A stretch of 59,962 bases of DNA, the filler included, from Catajapyx aquilonaris (lineage: Eukaryota), in the NCBI GenBank assembly GCA_000934665.2. It is 3 parts of 3 records of this genome, joined end to end, with 100 filler letters (N's around TTAATTAATTAA, not from the genome) between each part and the next. Parts side by side here need not be neighbours in the genome. Positions count along the whole stretch, not along the records: positions 20,016 to 39,953 come from JYFJ02006364.1; 2 more parts are not named here. The stretch is one strand, 5' to 3'. The notes under the pieces were generated by a model. It saw nothing but the letters and a program-made list of their open reading frames with translations. It was not told the origin of the DNA and did no database searches. A program made the translations under genes and the position numbers. Positions 23,250-34,585 of the stretch are shown one piece after another (position 1 is the stretch's first letter; each line of letters opens with the position of its first letter).

Positions 23250-25208
23250 ATGGGCACCCACATTTGCTTCCTTCTGGTGCTGCTTTTGGCAATGAGTCCT
23301 GAATCTCATCACGTCATTTCTTCAGTGGAAAGAGACAAAGACTTGGATACTGTTCAAGAGTTTCTTATCGAGGTTTTGCGAGTGATGCCACGGTTGCATC
23401 CGCCTCTGGTGATATCACACGACTACGACCGCTTACCATATCAGTTATTAGACCTGGTCAACTCTCGTCACGACAGATACAAACTGACCATGGTCATCAG
23501 GAAAGGGGGATCGGTGGAGGACTTTCCAAGGAGATTCCCATTCACAGACAAGACCGTTCATCTGGTTGCATCGTCCAGGGACACATTCGGCGACCTATTG
23601 AATCGACTGGACCAACTAGCGAATCTCCGAACACGACTGGACCATTTCGTCATCTGGATCAAAGATTCAACGAAGTACCGTGAGATTGAGAGTCTCTTCA
23701 TGGATATGCCGGCCTCGGACTTCAAGTACAAGGTCATTGTGACAACATCAGGAAACGGAAGCGCTGAGATGAACTCGGTTTGCTTCTACTGCAACCACGG
23801 GGAACCAGAGTCGACGTATCTCGGTCCATTCTCAGCAGGTGATCGTCTCCCTGCCGCGGAAGAAGTGTTTCCTGATTACACGCGAAACTTCAATGGGAAA
23901 ATGATGAGGGGATCGTTCATATTTCCAATAGAAATGGAGGAGACAGTAAGGAAAAGGGACAACAGGGAATACTTGAGCGCACTTGATAATGCAGCGCTGT
24001 ACCTTGGACAAGGCTTCAACACTCCCTGGGAAGTATTAACCTTCGACCTCACTGTGGAAAGTGCGAGTGATGCCCCCCTTCCCAACGGCACCTGGGTTGG
24101 TAAGATTGCTGATGTAATGGCCAGAAGAGTTGAATTTGGATTTGCTGTCATTCCTAAGCCTGCCGTGGTGAAAGTTGTCGAGCTTACCACGTCCCTAATG
24201 ACCGATTCTGTCACATATGTTGCAACATTGCCAGGAAACGTCCACACCTGGCGTGTGATAGTGCAACCATTCACACTATTTTCCTGGGTACTAATTTTTG
24301 CTGGAATCATCGTGTCAGGTGTGGTCCTTTGGAGTATTGCTTTTGCTGGATCAAAACTTTCCAGCTCGGAAAAGCCATCGATGGGCAAGTACTTTGCATA
24401 TTCATCTGGGGCATTCGTAGGGCAGTTCAATTCTATAGATGATGACGGGTCCACCATGAGAACTTTTCTGATATTTTTTCTCTACGCGTCTCTGGTAATC
24501 AACACCTGCTACCAAGGCAAACTCTTCGCCTTCATGACCAATCCTGAGAAAGAGTTCTATCCGAATGATTATAGTGAACTATATGGTTCAGAATTCACTC
24601 TCTATTTAGCCACTCCTCAGAAGCTTGTTTTACAAAGCATGATGGAAGGGGTCCTCGATAAGGATACTCAATTCTATCATGTTTTTGAGGAGTCACAAAC
24701 AGTGTGGACCCTAAAGGAATGCGTAGAAATGTGCATGAAGGAAAAGGCAGCCTGCGCTAGTGTCTCGACATTACTGTTCGAAGAAACCAAACAACATGTC
24801 GATGTTAATGGTAATTCTCTCTTGCAATACACAGATGCTTCTGCTCTCGAGTTTTTTTTTCCAGTGGCCGTCCCACTGCGAGCACTCTATCTTGACCATT
24901 TCAATTTCGTAATAATGAACGCTCTTGCTTTTGGACTCAGAGAATACTGGATAGCCTCCTCCAATTATGGGCAATTTTTCAGGGGGTTGAAAGAAGTGCA
25001 AAGAAAGGCCATATTGACGGGAGAAATTATGGGAGAGCAGGCTGAAAAATTCGGAATGAAGCAGCTGACTGGACCATTCTATTTGCTGGGGGTTGGATTA
25101 CTTCTGAGTTTGGTTGCATTCGTATATGAAGGTTCTCTGTCTTGTTTTGGAAGATGCTGCTCCAAACGAAACCAAGCCCCTGCCCATGTTCTCCCACAAA
25201 ATATCTAA
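23250..25208 (+). CDS. Divergent ionotropic receptor (iGluR-related chemoreceptor), intronless CDS, copy 1
   Basis: Signal peptide after ATG 23250; S1 motif PNGTWVGKIADV; PF...W before M1; M3 INTCYQGKLFAFMTNP; FGLREYW; M4 LTGPFYLLGVG. Confidence 0.9.
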   Translation: MGTHICFLLVLLLAMSPESHHVISSVERDKDLDTVQEFLIEVLRVMPRLHPPLVISHDYDRLPYQLLDLVNSRHDRYKLTMVIRKGGSVEDFPRRFPFTDKTVHLVASSRDTFGDLLNRLDQLANLRTRLDHFVIWIKDSTKYREIESLFMDMPASDFKYKVIVTTSGNGSAEMNSVCFYCNHGEPESTYLGPFSAGDRLPAAEEVFPDYTRNFNGKMMRGSFIFPIEMEETVRKRDNREYLSALDNAALYLGQGFNTPWEVLTFDLTVESASDAPLPNGTWVGKIADVMARRVEFGFAVIPKPAVVKVVELTTSLMTDSVTYVATLPGNVHTWRVIVQPFTLFSWVLIFAGIIVSGVVLWSIAFAGSKLSSSEKPSMGKYFAYSSGAFVGQFNSIDDDGSTMRTFLIFFLYASLVINTCYQGKLFAFMTNPEKEFYPNDYSELYGSEFTLYLATPQKLVLQSMMEGVLDKDTQFYHVFEESQTVWTLKECVEMCMKEKAACASVSTLLFEETKQHVDVNGNSLLQYTDASALEFFFPVAVPLRALYLDHFNFVIMNALAFGLREYWIASSNYGQFFRGLKEVQRKAILTGEIMGEQAEKFGMKQLTGPFYLLGVGLLLSLVAFVYEGSLSCFGRCCSKRNQAPAHVLPQNI

Positions 25209-25777
25209 GAAACCGTGTTAGTATATTCAAACTGGAAAATCGCAGTTGAGCCACCTTTTCTTGACAATGATATTCATAACACTGTGTAAACGCATTTTTT
25301 TGTTCTGCTCGGGAATTCATCGCTATTTCTGTGGACACATCTGCAGGATCCTGAGCAACATGGGATCATTTGTATTAGACCACTATCATCCATAACATCT
25401 TTATGAAACCCTTAGCTATATCGTCATTGCAGTGTATAAGGGTGGGTCTCTGCCCAAGTTGACGTTCATGAGAGAAGGAAGAATGCGAAAAACAAGTTTG
25501 CGACTTGGTCGAGCGTGTCCGTCCTCTTTACGTTATCACCTTTACCTTTATTCCCCACTGATAACACTTAAAATTGTCAAATATGTAACTATCAAGCAAA
25601 ACAGGTATCTTGTTCAGTCCACGGTCCTACTTGATCCCACTTTTATCTCTCCCCCATCCTCCTCCCTGATATCAATGGTAAACGGATGCAGTAGAAGACA
25701 GTGTGTTAATTATGGGACACTTGCCATAATTATGATACTATTTGTTCTACCTTATACAAGAGTATGATCCATTGGTA

Positions 25778-25919
25778 CTATAAGGCTCAAATTGTTTTGG
25801 CCACTTTATCCTGGTCCTGAAGCAACCCTTCACACGCACACACCTGCTCAACGTGGGCCCTGTGTTAAGGGTTGCTTCAAGACCAGGATCAAGTCGCCAA
25901 AACAATTTGAGCCCCATAG
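25778..25919. mobile_element. Hairpin MITE at TA, present only in IR unit 1
   Basis: TA|CTATAAGGCTCAAATTGTTTTGG...CCAAAACAATTTGAGCCCCATAG|TA; empty site CCATTGGTACGTA at ~30875 in unit 2. Confidence 0.8.
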
Positions 25920-28201
25920 TACGTACCATGCAACATATCTAACCATAACCATGGCACAGTTTATGCACTTTGATAAAATAATGTTTATTTGCACGTCATG
26001 TATTCGTTCCTGTTGATAAATGAATAAGCAACAAGTAGTATGAAATATATAATAATGTTGTTATGCACTTCATTGTACAGTACCAGATGTATCAATGTTT
26101 GACAACAAATATTGCTGACCTCCATAACTTATATCATTTGATCTCATGTACATTACTACATATCCTACGCTATATGTCACATACCTATGTTGGACAAAAT
26201 ATGTCACAATATAAATATTTTCTAGTGTGTCAGTTATGTACATTCAATCCTGTCGATTAGTAAAGCAGCCACATGTGTAACATAATTATACAGTGTGTGG
26301 TCCAAGTATCAGGGTGGTTTTGGATTATTGCTAATATCGCGTCGTTGCTTGTTGCTCCCCGATGGACGTGTCCAACTAGGCATACTCCAAGATGGTCTAA
26401 TTTGACAGTTGCTATAATTATAACGGAATAGCCGAATAGGACACCTGGAACGGGGCGCAACAAGCTACACAATAATAACAGTTTGATATAATTTAATGGA
26501 CCCGCATACTTGGAACACCCTGTATATATCGATGGTGTCGAGACACAATAAATATTGCGACACCATTGTACCATATGTAATGATGTATAAAACCCCTTTC
26601 CCACCCACTGATTCTCATTTCATATTTACATCCCCCAACTGGATGCATGGTCCATGTAAAAGGAAGCACATCCCAAATATTATGAGAGATCTTTAAACGG
26701 TTGTCCGCGGAACACATGGAGCTTGTTCGAAATGTGCTCCGCGATAAGTAGTCCTAAGTCCTAATAAACATCCCTTTTCCGACTCGGTAATCGAGTTCGA
26801 AGCCTCAGAGGTGGAAGGGACTACTAACAGCTGCACCACCGTGCCGCACCCTCACTTTCTGTTGATTTCGTGTGACCATCACAGTCATGCTGACGTGTAA
26901 TATTCTTGTCTGCATAACAATAAATAAAGCATGAAAATTCAGCTGCATTACTTCTGAATGGTTTTTAATCTTTCGTGAGTTGTGTCTCCCTCAATCTCAA
27001 CCAATCATTCACCCTTTTCGCTCTTCTCATTTTAGAGGGTGATTCAATTTCTTAATCTTTCCTTACCTTACCTTATGACTTTCCTTATTTTCGCATAATT
27101 AGATATACCGGTATACGGTACATGTATGGCGAGATTATGTGGCTCTATTTTCTCATGTGCTGCACAATATTAAAATCATATTGAGGAGGAACATTGTTAA
27201 AGTTTGCATTTTATCATAGTGTGGGATAGATTTGGAACATGTCACTTGCAGCAGCGTAGACTATGCAACTATTGCACTTAAAGGTATACAGGTTACAAGA
27301 TCGAGTGGAAAAGACCTTCTCGGAAGGATTGTTTCATAACAGATGTGAACTGATAATTGATGCTCCGGATGTAACAAGTAAAACTTCTATAAGTAGAATC
27401 TCCATGGGACCGAGAAAAAAACTTCGAGTTATAGAAGATTCGAGTTAGAGAAGTTTGGATTTTTTGAAGCTCATAACTCTACTGTAAGGAAGCATACCTT
27501 GGTATCCAGCGACGAAAGGTGTTCAAAACAACTTACAAATAACTGTCCTGTAACTGTCACTATCACACTTAAAACGTTCCTCGTTGTTTTGGTGTAAAGA
27601 AATCTCCGTTATGGATATTTGCCTACTCTTTAGATTCAAGGATTCAATTGTCACAATCGAGTCAAACACTTCTTTCGGTACGTCTGGTAGACGGAGACCA
27701 GGAAATTGAGTCTTTCTGTGCATGTGGTCTACTCTCGACCCTTCGGCTGGGAAATGAGACAATTTTGTTGTCCTTCACTTCACAAAGCGGGTGAAACCGG
27801 AGTAATTTCAATCGATCAATACATCACGTAGAATAGTCCGACTTTAAAAATTATGGCTAATATATAGCGGTAGGTAGAGAAAGGCACGACCACATGAGTG
27901 TATCCGTCACGATTGCCACATTGCGAAGAGAAGAAAATATTAAAATTATTTTGACCCCGCCTTCAGAGCGTCCGTTATCATGATTTTGCTTTTGACTCAA
28001 AATGCACATAAATGTTTATTTTCTTGCTCTGCGAATAATGCAGGAAACAAGCGACATATGGCAGATAAATTAATCAACATTACTGCCGGCATAGAAAGAT
28101 TTTGTTTACATCGAGACATTGCATAATCATAACATGTATACAGTCATGTCACGCTATGCAGTCAGGCGACAGGTGCCTTTGGGAGTGCACAACTACTGCG
28201 A

Positions 28202-28236
28202 TATAAATACATTGTGACTTCTCGGCGATGTCAGTG
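28202..28236 (+). promoter_or_regulatory. TATA + Initiator core promoter of IR copy 2
   Basis: TATAAA at 28202; Inr A at 28233 (-31). Confidence 0.7.
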
Positions 28237-28378
28237 GGAGACCACGACTCCTGCAACAAGGTTAGAAGAAATGTCACATTTCCTCCCATACAGCATCTAG
28301 AGCGTTCACTCAGTCTCATAATTCATTCACATACACTGACATTAAGTGCCTCTTCAAATTTTAATTCAATATACGAAG

Positions 28379-30337
28379 ATGGTCTTACACATTTGCTTCC
28401 TTCTGGTGCTGCTTCTGGCAGTGAGTCCTGAATCCCATCACATCATTTCTCATTTGGAGAAAGGAAAAGACTTGGACACAGTGCGAGAGTTTTTAACCGA
28501 GGTTTTGCGAGTGATGCCACGTTTGCAGCCTCCTCTGGTAATATCACACGACTACGACCGCTTACCCCATCAGATGATGGATCTGATCAACTCTCGTCAC
28601 GACAGATACGAACTGACCATGGTCATCAGGAAAGGGGGATCGGTCGAGGACTTTCCCAGGAGGTTCCCATTCACAGACAAGACCGTCCATCTGGTTGCAT
28701 CGTCCAGGGACACATTCAGCGACCTATTGAATCGACTGGACCAATTAGCGAATCTCCGAACACGACTGGACCATTTCGTCATCTGGATCAAAGATTCAAC
28801 AAAGTACCGTCAGATTGAGAGTCTCTTCATGGACAAACCTGCTTCGCAATTCAAATACAAGGTAATTGTGACTACATCGGGAAATGGAAGCGCAGAGTTG
28901 AACTCCGTTTGCTTCTACTGCAACCACGGGGAACCGGAGTCGACGTATTTCGGTCCATTCTCAGCAGGTGATCGTCTGCCTGCCGTGGAAGAAGTGTTTC
29001 CTGACTACACGCGAGACTTTCACGGGAGAATCATGAGGGGCTCGTTCTTGTTCGCGGTAGACATGGAGGAGACAGAAAGGAAAAGGGACAACAGGGAATA
29101 CTTGACATCACTTGATAATGCAGTGCTGTACCTTGGACAACTCTTCAAGACTCCTTGGACTATAACAACCTTCGAACTGACTGTGGAAAGTGCGAGTGAT
29201 TCACCTCTTCCCAACGGTACGTGGGTTGGTAAGATTGCTGATGTAATGGCCGGCAAAGTTGAATTTGGATTCGCGGTCGTTCCAAACCCTGAAGTGCTAG
29301 AGGTTGTCGAGATTTCCAGGACCGTTATTACTGATATTTTCACATATGTCACAACATTGCCCGGGAACGTCCACACCTGGCGTGTGATAGTGAAACCATT
29401 CACACTATTTTCGTGGGTACTAATTTTTGCTGGTATCGTCCTATCAGGTGTCGTCCTATGGGGTATTGCTTTTGCTGTATCAAATCTTTCCAGCTCGGAA
29501 AAGCCATCGGTGGGGAAGTACTTTGCATATTCCTCGGCGGCATTCGTAGGCCAGTTCAATTCTATCGATGATGACGGGTACACCATCAGAATTTTCCTGA
29601 TATTTTTTCTCTACGCGTCTCTGGTAATCAACACTTGTTACCAAGGCAAACTATTCGAATTCATGACCAATCCTGAGAAAGAGTTTTATCCTAATGATTA
29701 TAGTGAACTACTTGGTTCGGAATTCACTCTCTATTTAGCTACTCCTCATAAGCTAGTTCTTCAAAGCATGATGGAAAGGACCATCGATAAGACGACCCCA
29801 TTTCATCTGTCCTTTGAAAAGTCACAAACAGTGTGGACCATAAAGGAATGCGTAGAAATGTGCATGAAGGAAAAGGCAGCCTGCGCTAGTATCTCGACTT
29901 TACTGTTCGAAGAAACCAACCAACATGTCGATGTTAATGGTAATTCTCTCTTGCAATACACAGATGCGTCTGCCCTCGAGTATTGTTTCCCATTGGCTGT
30001 CCCACTGCGAGCACTCTACCTTGACCAATTCAATTTTGGCCTATTGAGCTGTCAAGCTTTCGGACTCAGAGAATACTGGATAGCCAACTCCAATTATGGG
30101 CAATTTTTCAGGGGGCTGAAAGAGGTGCAAAGACATGCCAAATTGACGGGAGAAATTATGGGAGAGCAGGCTGAAAAATTCGGAATGAAACAGTTGACAG
30201 GACCATTCTATTTGCTCGGGGTTGGATTAATTCTGAGTTTGGTTGCATTCGTATCTGAAGGTTTTCCGTCTTGTTTTGGAAGATGCTGCTCCAAACGAAA
30301 CCAAGCACCTGTCCATGTTCTCCCACAAAATATCTAA
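28379..30337 (+). CDS. Divergent ionotropic receptor, intronless CDS, copy 2
   Basis: Colinear paralog of copy 1 with the same motifs and length; ATG 28379. Confidence 0.9.
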   Translation: MVLHICFLLVLLLAVSPESHHIISHLEKGKDLDTVREFLTEVLRVMPRLQPPLVISHDYDRLPHQMMDLINSRHDRYELTMVIRKGGSVEDFPRRFPFTDKTVHLVASSRDTFSDLLNRLDQLANLRTRLDHFVIWIKDSTKYRQIESLFMDKPASQFKYKVIVTTSGNGSAELNSVCFYCNHGEPESTYFGPFSAGDRLPAVEEVFPDYTRDFHGRIMRGSFLFAVDMEETERKRDNREYLTSLDNAVLYLGQLFKTPWTITTFELTVESASDSPLPNGTWVGKIADVMAGKVEFGFAVVPNPEVLEVVEISRTVITDIFTYVTTLPGNVHTWRVIVKPFTLFSWVLIFAGIVLSGVVLWGIAFAVSNLSSSEKPSVGKYFAYSSAAFVGQFNSIDDDGYTIRIFLIFFLYASLVINTCYQGKLFEFMTNPEKEFYPNDYSELLGSEFTLYLATPHKLVLQSMMERTIDKTTPFHLSFEKSQTVWTIKECVEMCMKEKAACASISTLLFEETNQHVDVNGNSLLQYTDASALEYCFPLAVPLRALYLDQFNFGLLSCQAFGLREYWIANSNYGQFFRGLKEVQRHAKLTGEIMGEQAEKFGMKQLTGPFYLLGVGLILSLVAFVSEGFPSCFGRCCSKRNQAPVHVLPQNI

Positions 30338-32278
30338 GAAACCGTGTTAGTATATTCAAACTGGAGAATAACAGTTGAGCCATCTTTTCTTGACAATGAT
30401 ATTCATAACACTGTGTAACGCATTTTTTGTCTTCGGGAATTCATCGCTATTTCTGTGGACACATCTACAGGATCATGAGCAACAGAGGATCATTTGTACT
30501 TGTATTAGGTCACTATCATTTGGTTTCCGTAGCTTCTTTATGAACCCATTATCTATATCATCACGTAGCTCTCCGCCCAAGTTAGCGTTCATGAGAGAAG
30601 GAAGGGGGCGAAAAAAAGTTTGCGACTTGGTCGAGCGTGTCCGTCCTCTTTACGTTATGACCTTTACCTTTATTCCCCACTGATAACACTTAAAATTGTG
30701 AAATATGTAACTGTATCAAGCAATATTGACAGCTTGTTCAGTACATGGTTCTACTTGATCCCGCTTTTATTTAGCAGGAGGGGGAAGGTGAGGAAGGACT
30801 GGTATAAAACAGTGTCTTAATTATTTGACACTTGCCATAATTGTGATATACCATTTGTTCTACAAGAGTATGGTCCATTGGTACGTAACATGCAGCTTAT
30901 CTTTCATAACCATGTCACAGTTTCTGCACTTGATGAAATAATGTTTCCTTGCAAGTCAATAATTGTGTCTATTCATTCCTATCGATAAATGAATAAACCA
31001 CAGGTAGTAGAAAATGTATAATACTGTTGTTATGCACTTTATTGTACAGTACCAAATGTATCAATGTTTGACAACAATTTCAGACCTCCATAATTTATGT
31101 CATTTGATCTTATGTACACATTACTACATATCTTGCGCTATATTTCACATAAATATGTTGAACAAAATATGTCACAATATAAAGATTTTCTTGTATGTCA
31201 ATTATGTACATTCAATCCTGTCGATTAGTAAAGCAGCCACACGTGTAACATATACAGGGTGTTCCAAGTATCAGGGTGGTTTTGAATGATTGCTAATATC
31301 GCGCAGTAATTTTTATGTTGCTTGTTGCTCCCCGATGGAGGTCTCCAATGAGGCATACTCCAGGATGGTCTAATTTGGCAGTTGCTGTAATTATAACTTA
31401 ATAAGACACCTGGATAGGGCACCAACAAGCTACACAATAATAACAGTTTCATATAACTCAATTGACCCGCATACTTGGAACACCATGTAGGGTATATCGA
31501 TGGCGTCAAGACACAACAAATATTGCGACACCATTGTACAATATGTATTGATGTATAAAACCCCTTTCCCACCCATTGATTCTTATTTCATGGTCCATGT
31601 ATTCATGGTCCATGTAAAAGGAAGCGCATCCCAAATTATGAGAGATCTTCAAACGGTTGTTCGTGGAACAATCCATCTTGTTCGAAAAGTGCTCCGCGAT
31701 AAGTAGTCCTATAAGTACTAATAAATATCCCTTTTCCGACTCGGTAATCGAGTTCGAAGCCTCAGAGGTGGAAGGCACTACTAACAGCTGCACCACCGTG
31801 CCGCCCCCTCACTTTCTGTTGATTTCGTGTGACCATCACAGTCATGCTAACGTGTAATATTCTTGTCTGCATAACAATAAATAAAGCATGAAAATTCAGC
31901 TGCATTACTTCTGAATGGTTTTTAATCTTTCGTGGGTTGCGTCTCCCTCAATCTCAACCAATCATTCACCCTTTTCCTCTTCTCATTTTAGAGAGTGATT
32001 CAATACACACTCTCTTAATTTCGCACAATTAGATAGGTATATACTTTACGTGTATATGTCGATATTATGTGACTATTTTCTCATGTACTTCTCAACTAAA
32101 ATCTTATTGAGGAGGAATATTGTTCAAGTTTGCGTTTTATCATAGCGTGGGATAGATGAGTAAATGGCACTTGCAACAGCTTAGCTTATGCACTATTTCA
32201 CTGGAAGGTATACAGGTTACAAGATCGAGTGGAAAGGACCGTCGGAAGGATTGTTTCATAGCAGATGTGAACTGATAA

Positions 32279-33142
32279 CACAGCGCAACAAAAAAAAAAT
32301 CGACGTGTTACTCGGAAACCACAATGTAGATCATGTTAGTAGGACCCAAAGTAGCTGGGAAACGCCCGGGATTTCTCTCCCAAAATGTGCAGGGGGTCAG
32401 GGTGACCAATAATCCGAAAAATTCAAAATATTGACGTTTTTTGGCCTATTTCCAGGTCTGGCAACCACTGTAAGTTTCGGATTTTGTTTTTGCTGGCATT
32501 AGGTGTTACCTGGGTCTAGTCTGAAGCCACTGTGGTGTTTAAAGTCAATCTTTTATAGAAACTGTAGGTTTTCCAGGGTCCTTTTTATGGAAAAAAATTC
32601 CGTTTTTTGGTACTTTTCGTCCATTTTAGGGGAACAGTCTAAGGGCTTTTTTTTTAAAAAAAGTGTAGCGTAATGGGCTCTTTAGAAACCCTACAATCAA
32701 GGAATAATAGTAGAACTTTCCTATGCAACCCTAGTACGTGTGTGCAAAAGCCTAATCTTGGGTAAAATCGCGTTTTTTCGCATTTTTGGTGATTTGACTT
32801 TTTTCAACATTTAAAACCAAATCTTCCTCGGCTTTAAAATAAATGAATTCTTCTTAGTCTTTTTTTTTTAAATATTGACTTTAAACACCATAGTGGCTTC
32901 AGACTAGACCCAGGTAACACCTAATGCCAGCAAAAACAAAATCCGAAACTTACAGTGGTTGCCAGACCTGGAAATAGGCCAAAAAACGTCAATATTTTGA
33001 ATTTTTCGGATTATTGGTCACCCTGACCCCCTGCACATTTTGGGAGAGAAATCCCGGGCGTTTCCCAGCTACTTTGGGTCCTACCAACATGATCTACATA
33101 GTGGTTTCCGAGTAACACGCCGATTTTTTTTGTTGCGCTGTG
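32279..33142. mobile_element. Chapaev3-like long-TIR MITE
   Basis: TAA|CACAGCGCAACAAAA...TTTTGTTGCGCTGTG|TAA; TIRs ~270 bp; empty site GAACTGATAATTGAT at ~27346 in unit 1 confirms a 3-bp TAA TSD. Confidence 0.85.
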
Positions 33143-34399
33143 TAATTGATTTTCCGGATATATATCTACCTATTCTTACTATGAATAATGCAGAAAGAAG
33201 CATGTCATAGATAAATTAACGAGGACTGCAGCCGCCATAAATATGGCCTCCATTTACATCTAGATATTTCATACATATGAATAATACACAAAGCCTACCC
33301 AGTGCGTTCATGCTATAGATTCAGTCAGGCAACATATGCCACGGGGAGTTATCAAGTTACATAAAACACATTGCGACATGTCTGATACGTCGATGATGTG
33401 AAACTACGACTCCTGCTGTCAGGTCATAGGGAAGTCAAGGTAACAATATTACGCAACTTACTTCTAAAGCTTTCATATGGTATTAAACTCCTCGCCACAG
33501 AGTATGCTGACTCGTAAATGAAAGATGGTCACAAAATGACAGGAAGAATACCAGTATTTTCGAAGGTATAACGATGTGAGCACAATATATTCATCCGTCG
33601 TGAAGACAAAATACAGTAAGCTACATATATATTTTTTAAATCCAAAAATCTCGTGTGAGATATAAGACTCAAGATCAGTAGATATATACTAAAATGAAGT
33701 GGTATACATAACATTATTCTTCAAAATGTGTTTTAATTATTTTTAGGAATGCTTAAAGGCTCGAAATTGATCAAGTCTGTCTGCTATAGGTTCTTTTGCA
33801 TGGAATCATCGATAGCAGTTTTTAATACAGTATTGTAAAAAATACCTTTCTGAAATATCTGAAGTATATTTCATTCAACTTGCTTACGCCTGGTTTTCAA
33901 GGGGACAATAAATCAGACATGGTACCAGTTATGCAATATCCTCAATTTCATGTTTAATTATCGCCTTTCACTTCACAAAGCTCAACCGGAGAAATTTCTG
34001 ACGATCAATACATCATGATTGTAGTATAGTCAGACTGTAAAAACTATGGGAAATAGGTAGGGCTAAAGGTAGAGAAAGCCACCACCACATGAGTGCATCC
34101 ATCACGATTGCCACATTGCGATGATTAAAAAGTATTAAAATTATTTTGACCCCGCCTTCAGAGATGCAGTTATCATGATTTTGCTTTTGACTCAAAAGGC
34201 ACACATATGTCTGTGTTTTCTTGCTCTGCGAATAATGCAGAAAACAAACGACATGTGTCATATAAATTAATCAGCATTACTGCCGGCATGAAAAGATTGT
34301 GTTTACATCGAGACATCGCTTACTCATAACAAGTATACAGTCATGGTCACGCTATGGAGTCAGGCGACATGTGACTTTGGGAGTGCACAACTACTGCGA

Positions 34400-34434
34400 T
34401 ATAAATACATTGTGACTTCTCTGAGATGTCAGTG
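34400..34434 (+). promoter_or_regulatory. TATA + Initiator core promoter of IR copy 3
   Basis: TATAAA at 34400; Inr A at 34431 (-31). Confidence 0.7.
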
Positions 34435-34585
34435 TGAGACCACGACTCCTGCAACAAGGTTAGAAGAAAGGTCAGCATCATCACATTTCCTCCCACGCAG
34501 CATCTAGAGCGTTCACTCGGTCTCATAATTCATTTCCACATACTGCCATTAAGTGCCTCTTCAAATTTTAATTCAATATACGAAG

